64,000 nucleotides of DNA from Bacillota bacterium (GTDB taxonomy: Bacteria > Bacillota > TC1). Positions 57,803-64,000 of this stretch are shown piece after piece. The first letter of the stretch is position 1. Every line of letters starts with the position of its first letter. Both the position numbers and the translations under genes were made by a program. Below the pieces are notes generated by a model that saw only the letters and a program-made list of their open reading frames with translations, was not told where the DNA came from and did not search any database. The DNA lies in contig JAQUGR010000008.1 of NCBI GenBank assembly GCA_028683955.1, positions 5,371-69,370 on the forward strand, in the 5' to 3' direction.

Positions 57803-60192
57803 TATCTTAATCTCGCTCCTAGATTATCGACTAATTCATTAACTATATTATTATGAATTTCACTAACTTCATCATCTGTCATTGTCTTTTCAGGATTTTG
57901 ATAGATTAAAGAAAAAGCTACACTTTTTACATCAGCTCCTATTTGAGGCCCTTCAAAAATATCAAATATTCTACAACCCACAACCATATTATTAGATGAT
58001 TTTGAAATAACATCATATATTTTCGCATAATTTAAATCTTTCGGAAGAATTACTGCCAAATCTCGTTCTATAGAAGGATATTTTGGTAAACTACTATATT
58101 GTTTAGTCATAGGCTCAACAAAAGATTTTAAATCTAATTCAAGATAAAAACCCTTTTCTTTTATGTCATACTCTCCAAGTACATTTGGATGAATCTCCCC
58201 AATATGCCCTATTATTTCTTTATTAGAAATAATACTAGCTGATCTCCCTGGATGCAAAGTTTTCATATCAGTCAATTTTTCAAAAACTAACTTCTTATTT
58301 GATATATCTGATACTAACTTTTCCAACAAACCTTTCAAAGTATAAAAATCATTTTTAGTTTTACCATACCATTCTTTAACTTCATTTTCTAACAAAAATA
58401 TACCTAATTGTAAATTTTCTTCAGGTAATTTATCATCAGTACCCTTAAATACTCTTCCAACTTCAAATATTCCAATATTTCTTCTTTGCCTTTTATAGTT
58501 TCTACTAGCTATTTCAATTATTCCCGGTAAAAGTTTTTCTCTCATATAAGATTGATTTTCACTCAGAGGATTCATAACTTTTAATCTTTCATCACCAGCA
58601 AAAGAATATCCGCATTTTCCATAACTTAATTTATCTATAAAACTATAACTAACAATTTCATTTAAACCATAATCAGCCAAATAACTTTTAATTTGATCAA
58701 TTAATTTAACCTTATATTCGACTTTTATAGTATTAGTAGATCCAATTGGCAAGGTAGCAGGTATATTCTCATACCCATATACTCTAACAACTTCTTCAAC
58801 TAGATCTATTTCAGTTTTTACATCGATTCTATGAGGTGATGGTGTTACGAGTAAGTTATTATCTTCAACCTCTACCTTAAAATTCAATTTATTATATATA
58901 TCTATAATCTCTTCACTTTTAATATTCATGCCCAAAATTGCATTTACTCTTTTTACAGTAGATGTAATTGTTGGGATAACTTGTTTAACAGGATATGATT
59001 CAAAATATGATTTTTCTACTTGACCAGCACCTAATAGTTCAACAAGAAACATAGCCCTATTCATAGCTTTTAAAGCAATATCTTCTGACAAGCCTCTTTC
59101 AAATCTACCTGAAGCTTCAGATCTAAGTCCAAGTTTACGACTTGTTCGTCTAATGCTCGCACTATTGAAATTAGCTGATTCAAATAGAATGTTTTTTGTA
59201 TTTTCATCAACTTCAGAATTAAAACCACCCATAACTCCTGCTAAAGCTACACTTTTAACTCCATCTTTGATTAACAGCATATCTTTTTCCAATTTTCTTT
59301 CTTTGCCATCTAAAGTAGTAAACAATTCACCATCATTAGCAATATCAACAATTATTTTTCCACCTTCAAGTTTATCATAATCAAAAGCATGCATTGGTTG
59401 TCCTAATTCGAACATGACATAGTTTGTAATATCAACAATATTATTTATTGGTCTTACTCCTACGTTTCTTAAAAGATTTGCAAACCATAAAGGTGAAGGC
59501 TCTATTTTTACATTTTTAATTTTCCTAGCCACATATCTGTGACATAAATCTTCATTATTAATTATAATTTCCAAACCATCCTCGGCTAAATCACCTTTTA
59601 AAGTTTCAAGCTCTTTTAAAACAAAGTCTTTTTTAAGAATAATTTCTTTGGCAACATTATAAATACCATAACAATCAGCTCTATTAGGAGTTAATCCTAA
59701 ATCTAATACTTCATCATGCAGAGAAAATACATCTAATAAATCTTTACCTAGTTCTAAACCTTCAGATAAAGGAAGTATACCTTCTTTTTCCTTGTCTGAT
59801 AATAAACTAGCGTCTATTCCTAATTCTGTTCCTGAACAAAGCATCCCATATGAAGGAAGTCCTCTTAATTTTGATTCTAAAATACTACCACCAACAACTT
59901 TTGACCCAACCAAAGCAACTGGCACATACATTCCTACATATACATTTTGTGCACCAGTTATAATTTGTAAATTTTCACTCTTTCCAACATTAATCATGCA
60001 AATTTGTAATTTATCTGCATCAGGATGTTTTTCTAAAGAGTCTATTTTACCTACAACAACATTTGAAAAGGATTCATCAAGCTTTTCTCTATTTTCCACC
60101 TCTAGACCTAGCTTAGTCAAAATTATTTCAATCTCAGAACCATCAAGATTTCCATCAAAATATTGTTTTAACCAATTTAAACTAACTTTCAT
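57802..60192 (-). CDS. pheT: Phenylalanine--tRNA ligase beta subunit
   Basis: The 796-aa product starts MKVSLNWLKQY and has tRNA-binding, B3/4, B5 and FDX-ACB domains in the usual order. Confidence 0.97.
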   Translation of the reverse strand: MKVSLNWLKQYFDGNLDGSEIEIILTKLGLEVENREKLDESFSNVVVGKIDSLEKHPDADKLQICMINVGKSENLQIITGAQNVYVGMYVPVALVGSKVVGGSILESKLRGLPSYGMLCSGTELGIDASLLSDKEKEGILPLSEGLELGKDLLDVFSLHDEVLDLGLTPNRADCYGIYNVAKEIILKKDFVLKELETLKGDLAEDGLEIIINNEDLCHRYVARKIKNVKIEPSPLWFANLLRNVGVRPINNIVDITNYVMFELGQPMHAFDYDKLEGGKIIVDIANDGELFTTLDGKERKLEKDMLLIKDGVKSVALAGVMGGFNSEVDENTKNILFESANFNSASIRRTSRKLGLRSEASGRFERGLSEDIALKAMNRAMFLVELLGAGQVEKSYFESYPVKQVIPTITSTVKRVNAILGMNIKSEEIIDIYNKLNFKVEVEDNNLLVTPSPHRIDVKTEIDLVEEVVRVYGYENIPATLPIGSTNTIKVEYKVKLIDQIKSYLADYGLNEIVSYSFIDKLSYGKCGYSFAGDERLKVMNPLSENQSYMREKLLPGIIEIASRNYKRQRRNIGIFEVGRVFKGTDDKLPEENLQLGIFLLENEVKEWYGKTKNDFYTLKGLLEKLVSDISNKKLVFEKLTDMKTLHPGRSASIISNKEIIGHIGEIHPNVLGEYDIKEKGFYLELDLKSFVEPMTKQYSSLPKYPSIERDLAVILPKDLNYAKIYDVISKSSNNMVVGCRIFDIFEGPQIGADVKSVAFSLIYQNPEKTMTDDEVSEIHNNIVNELVDNLGARLR

Positions 60193-60201
60193 TTCTACCT
60201 C

Positions 60202-61293
60202 CTAAAATTGTTCTAAGAATCTTAAATCATTATCAAATAATAGTCTCATATCGTCAATGCCATATTTTAACATAGCAACTCGCTCTATTCCAAGACCAAA
60301 AGCAAACCCTGACACTTCATTTGGATCATATCCAGCCATTTCTAGAACACTAGGATGAACCATACCACTTCCAAGAATTTCTAACCATCCAGTATAACCA
60401 CAGACTCTACAGCCTTCTTGGTTGCAGTTGCCACATGACACATCAACCTCAGCACTTGGTTCAGTAAATGGAAAATAACTTGGACGTAATCTAATTTTTC
60501 TTTCTTCACCGAAAATAGATTTAACTAGATGTAATAAAATACCTTTTAAATCAGCAAATGTGATATTCTTATCTACCATTAAACCTTCTATCTGATGAAA
60601 CATAGGAGAATGTGTAGAATCATCATCTCTTCTAAACACTTTACCTGGTGCTATAATTTTAACAGGTAGTTGAGGACACATCTTATCCATAATTCTTGCT
60701 TGTACTGGCGATGTATGTGTTCTTAAAACAACATCTTCATTTAAATAGAAAGTGTCTTGCATTTCTCTAGCAGGATGATCTTTTGGTATATTTAATCTTT
60801 CAAAATTATAATAATCTTCTTCTATTTCGTATCCTTCAACTACAGTAAATCCTATATTAGTAAAGATATTTTTTATCTCTTCTTCAATCAAAGTTAGTGG
60901 ATGTTTATGTCCTATACTTGAATTAGTTCCTGGTAAAGTCACATCAATTGTTTCTGCTTCTAACTTAGCTTGATTTTCTGCATTTTTAAAACTAATCAAT
61001 CTTTCATTAAGTTTGTTTTCTAAAGTAGTTTTAAAATCATGAATAATTTTTCCAAGAATAGGTTTATCCTTATTGCTAACCTTACCCATATATTTCATCA
61101 AATCAGGTAAAAGACCTTTTTTACCAAAATATTTGGTTTGAATTATTTTTAATTCATCAACTGTTTGACCTCCATTAATTTCACTTAGACCTTCTTCTTT
61201 AGTCACTAAAAGTATGTTTTCTAAAATATCACTTTTAGATTCTAATGAATCTACTTCTAATTCCTCAAAAAATAATTTAATTTTTTGTAACAT
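60202..61293 (-). CDS. pheS: Phenylalanine--tRNA ligase alpha subunit
   Basis: Class II motifs are present: FRRDDDSTHSPMFHQIEG and GFAFGLGIERVAM. The start is the ATG at 61293, preceded by GGAGGTG. Confidence 0.97.
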   Translation of the reverse strand: MLQKIKLFFEELEVDSLESKSDILENILLVTKEEGLSEINGGQTVDELKIIQTKYFGKKGLLPDLMKYMGKVSNKDKPILGKIIHDFKTTLENKLNERLISFKNAENQAKLEAETIDVTLPGTNSSIGHKHPLTLIEEEIKNIFTNIGFTVVEGYEIEEDYYNFERLNIPKDHPAREMQDTFYLNEDVVLRTHTSPVQARIMDKMCPQLPVKIIAPGKVFRRDDDSTHSPMFHQIEGLMVDKNITFADLKGILLHLVKSIFGEERKIRLRPSYFPFTEPSAEVDVSCGNCNQEGCRVCGYTGWLEILGSGMVHPSVLEMAGYDPNEVSGFAFGLGIERVAMLKYGIDDMRLLFDNDLRFLEQF

Positions 61294-61295
61294 TT

Positions 61296-61525
61296 TACAC
61301 CTCCAAAAAAATAAATACTTCCATCCCAAGGGACGAAAGTATTTCGCAGTACCACCCTAAATAGCCTAAGCTTATTTTAAATTTCTTAACGCGAATAACG
61401 TCTTCCCTACTTAAGTTCAGGTTGAAGCTCCAAGATGAATTTCACTCACTGTAAAATAGGAAAATTTCCAGTCTGGATTTCCCCTCCCTGTATCCCACGA
61501 AAAAGAGTTACTTATTCTTTTCATA
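61296..61525 (-). promoter_or_regulatory. T-box leader riboswitch, Phe specifier (UUC)
   Basis: The T-box core AUUUAGGGUGGUACUGCG lies on the minus strand at 61345-61362. A terminator hairpin and U-run end just before the pheS RBS. The specifier-loop candidate GAAA-UUC-A lies at 61436-61443. Confidence 0.85.
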
Positions 61526-61565
61526 GCCTTTGATTAATTCTATCAAATATAGTGTTATTATTCAA

Positions 61566-62216
61566 TTAATTCATTAACATTCTAACAGCATACTTAACAT
61601 CTACAATTCTAAAATTATCACCGGATTCAAGATCCTTCTTGTTAATAATTTCAGCAATTTCATCATACATCGCTTTGGGAACAGAAAAGCTCTTAGCAGC
61701 TTCCTTTTCTTCTTTTTCAAAGAAATTAAATGCCAATTCATCATTTTCAAATTTATGAAATGCTGCTCTACCTTCCATTAGTTTTAATTGAGTTCTTGCC
61801 AAAATTTTACAGCCTTCTACCACTCTATCATCAAGCTTCGCATCAAATATTAAAATCTTTTCTAACATGTTATAGTATTCAAAAACAATTCTTTTTCTAT
61901 TATTATAACCTGAATCTAAAATATTTAAAGTTTGTGATCTTAAGTTAGCAAGTAAAAGATCTTCCTCTTTTTTATCAATTGGGAATTCTGGAACCAAATA
62001 AATAAAAAATTTAGCTTTAGCGTCATTATAATAAAAAGGAATATCTATTCTACTTACAAAACCACATTTATTACAAACTAAATTATTTATTTTTTCTGTA
62101 AATAATTTTTCTTTTAAATCTGGGTTCATATCTACATTTACTTTTTCCCATAAAATAACTTCATTTTCAACACTACAATTTGGACAGTTTATTTTTTTAA
62201 TAATTTGTTGTAACAC
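61566..62216 (-). CDS. CpXC domain-containing protein
   Basis: INCPNCS...CNKCGF are paired CxxC motifs with the usual CpXC spacing. The GTG start is preceded by AGGAGG. Confidence 0.65.
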   Translation of the reverse strand: MLQQIIKKINCPNCSVENEVILWEKVNVDMNPDLKEKLFTEKINNLVCNKCGFVSRIDIPFYYNDAKAKFFIYLVPEFPIDKKEEDLLLANLRSQTLNILDSGYNNRKRIVFEYYNMLEKILIFDAKLDDRVVEGCKILARTQLKLMEGRAAFHKFENDELAFNFFEKEEKEAAKSFSVPKAMYDEIAEIINKKDLESGDNFRIVDVKYAVRMLMN

Positions 62217-62286
62217 TATTACATCCTCCTAATTATTGTACCGTATAACATTATATCATTAATTGACAAAATATTTAAGATTGTAT

Positions 62287-64000
62287 TTAAATTTTAAATC
62301 TTCTTAATCTTAATGCATTACTGACTACTGATACTGAACTTAAACTCATTGCCATGGCGGCAAAAATAGGGTTTAATAATGGTCCACCAAGAGCATATAC
62401 GATACCAGCTGCTAATGGAATACCAACAATATTATATATAAAAGCCCAAAATAGATTTTGTTTAATATTAATTATAGTTTTTTTACTTAATATTATTGCA
62501 TTAATTATATAATTCAAATTATCCTTAACTAGTACAATATCAGCAGATTCTATAGCAATATCAGTTCCCCCACCAACAGCTATACCTACATCACTTTGAA
62601 CTAAAGCTGGAGCATCATTAATTCCATCACCAACCATAGCCACAACATAACCTTCTGCTTGTATTTCTTTTACTATTTCGGCTTTTTTTGTTGGTAATAC
62701 ATTTGCATATATTCTCTCAATTCCAACTTTAACACCAATAACTTCTGCAGTCTTTCTATTATCGCCTGTTATCATAAACGTTTTAATACCCATATTTTTA
62801 AATTTAGCAACAACCTCTTTACTTTCTATTTTCAAAGTATCAGCTATACCAACAATAGCAATAATTTTATTATTTATTGATACATAGACTGTTGTTTTAC
62901 CGTCATTATTTAAAATATTAGATTTTTGTTCCCAGTCATCTAATAAAATGTTATTTTCTACCATTAAGGCTTTATTACCAATACTTACAGTCTCACCAGA
63001 AACTTTACCTTTTATTCCATGCCCTGGTACTGCATTGAAATCTACATAGTCTAATAATGTCAGCTTTTCTTCTATAGCTTTATTTATAAAAGCATCCTTT
63101 AATGGATGTTCAGATGCTTTTTCTAAACTTGCAGAAAATTGTATTGCAATTTTCTTGTTTTCTTCCCTATCAGTTATAATATCAGTAATTTTAGGTTCAC
63201 CAACAGTAAGTGTACCTGTTTTATCAAATACTATTCCAGATATTTTATGGGCTGCTTCTAAAGCTTCTCCACCTTTTATTAAAATACCAAGTTCTGCACC
63301 TTTTCCTGTAGCAACCATAATTGCTGTTGGGGTTGCTAAACCTAAAGCACACGGGCAAGCTATGACTAAAACTGAAATGAATATTTTTAAAGAAAATTGG
63401 AAATCACCAGTAAATATCATCCAAACTATAAATGCTAAACTGGCTATTGAAATAACAACAGGAACAAAATAACCTGAAACTACATCTGCTAATCTAGCAA
63501 TTGGAGCTTTTGTTCCTTGTGCTTCTTCAATAAATTTTATAATATTTGCAATTGCTGTATTTTCACTATCTTTTGTTACTATAATCTCTAAAATTCCTTC
63601 TTTGTTTTGTGTTCCACCAAAGACTTCATTGTTTTCTACTTTTTTTACAGGCATACTTTCACCAGTCAACATTGACTCGTCAATGTATGAAAATCCTTTT
63701 AGCACTGTGCCATCTATTGGCACTTTTGAGCCTGGTTTTACAATTAAGTGGTCCCCAATTTCTATATCTTCAATAAAAACTTCAGTTTCAACACCTTCAA
63801 ATAACCTCAAAGCTGTCTTAGGTGCTATATCGTAAAGTTTTTTTAAATTATTAGTAGTTTTAATTTTAGCTCTATTTTCGAGGTACTTACCTAAGAATAT
63901 TAAGGTAATAATCATACCTGCTGTTTCAAAATATAGACCATTCATATTTGAATGCATAGGATCTATTAAAATATAAATCAAATTATACAAACTATATATT
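62287..64000 (-). CDS. copA: Heavy-metal (Cu+-type) P1B-ATPase; N-terminus lies beyond the window edge
   Basis: CPCALGLATP, DKTGTLT, GDGINDAP and the C-terminal MSLSSVSVVSNALRL are present. The frame stays open upstream of the track Met through nt 64000. Confidence 0.88.
   Translation of the reverse strand, partial: IYSLYNLIYILIDPMHSNMNGLYFETAGMIITLIFLGKYLENRAKIKTTNNLKKLYDIAPKTALRLFEGVETEVFIEDIEIGDHLIVKPGSKVPIDGTVLKGFSYIDESMLTGESMPVKKVENNEVFGGTQNKEGILEIIVTKDSENTAIANIIKFIEEAQGTKAPIARLADVVSGYFVPVVISIASLAFIVWMIFTGDFQFSLKIFISVLVIACPCALGLATPTAIMVATGKGAELGILIKGGEALEAAHKISGIVFDKTGTLTVGEPKITDIITDREENKKIAIQFSASLEKASEHPLKDAFINKAIEEKLTLLDYVDFNAVPGHGIKGKVSGETVSIGNKALMVENNILLDDWEQKSNILNNDGKTTVYVSINNKIIAIVGIADTLKIESKEVVAKFKNMGIKTFMITGDNRKTAEVIGVKVGIERIYANVLPTKKAEIVKEIQAEGYVVAMVGDGINDAPALVQSDVGIAVGGGTDIAIESADIVLVKDNLNYIINAIILSKKTIINIKQNLFWAFIYNIVGIPLAAGIVYALGGPLLNPIFAAMAMSLSSVSVVSNALRLRRFKI

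Overview
The window is an AT-rich chromosomal segment, roughly 30% GC by eye (not computed). It looks like a low-GC Gram-positive anaerobe of the Clostridia/Tissierellia type. Supporting signs are a PyrR attenuator, a Phe T-box leader, tRNAs with encoded CCA, and tig-clpP-clpX-lon-engB and yicC-gmk-rpoZ synteny. I call about 73 protein genes, almost all on the minus strand, plus 4 tRNAs.

Content from left to right:
- Polyamine operon speA-speB-speD-speE, run on from lon-engB.
- tig/clpP/clpX/lon.
- A His-Lys-Leu-Gly tRNA cluster.
- A rubredoxin/flavin-reductase fusion, a CMD-family protein, TraX, a class IV aminotransferase, an RsmF-like methyltransferase and a PHP phosphatase.
- A complete F1Fo ATP synthase operon (atpZ-B-E-F-H-A-G-D-C).
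- rqcH.
- Folate/pABA genes (pabA-pabB-pabC-folBK).
- A ThrE-type exporter pair.
- One long co-directional block: pyrR-pyrB-pyrC-pyrK-pyrD-pyrF-pyrE-moeA-mobB-fdhA-nuoF-like. The fdhA gene has an in-frame TGA (selenocysteine) plus a SECIS hairpin, and the ORF track splits it in two.
- yicC-gmk-rpoZ, a degenerate CoaBC-like gene, metK and an orphan ORF.
- A complete secretin-less Tad/Flp pilus operon. It has two flp pilins, tadV, tadE, a tadG-like gene, cpaB, tadZ, tadA, tadB and tadC, and ends with two non-canonical genes: a ricin-lectin/TM/orphan-domain protein and a DUF192 protein.
- recD2, a lapA-like gene, zapA, and pheST with its T-box.
- A CpXC protein and a partial Cu-type P-type ATPase.

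I saw no CRISPR array, transposase, integrase or prophage signature.

The most unusual items are:
- the Tad-operon tail genes;
- the degenerate NuoF-like partner of the selenocysteine formate dehydrogenase, which carries an inserted ferredoxin module;
- the catalytically eroded CoaBC homolog kept in conserved synteny;
- the two-carboxylate-like ion site of the ATP synthase c subunit.

All functional calls come from reading the translations by eye against remembered family motifs. No database search was run.
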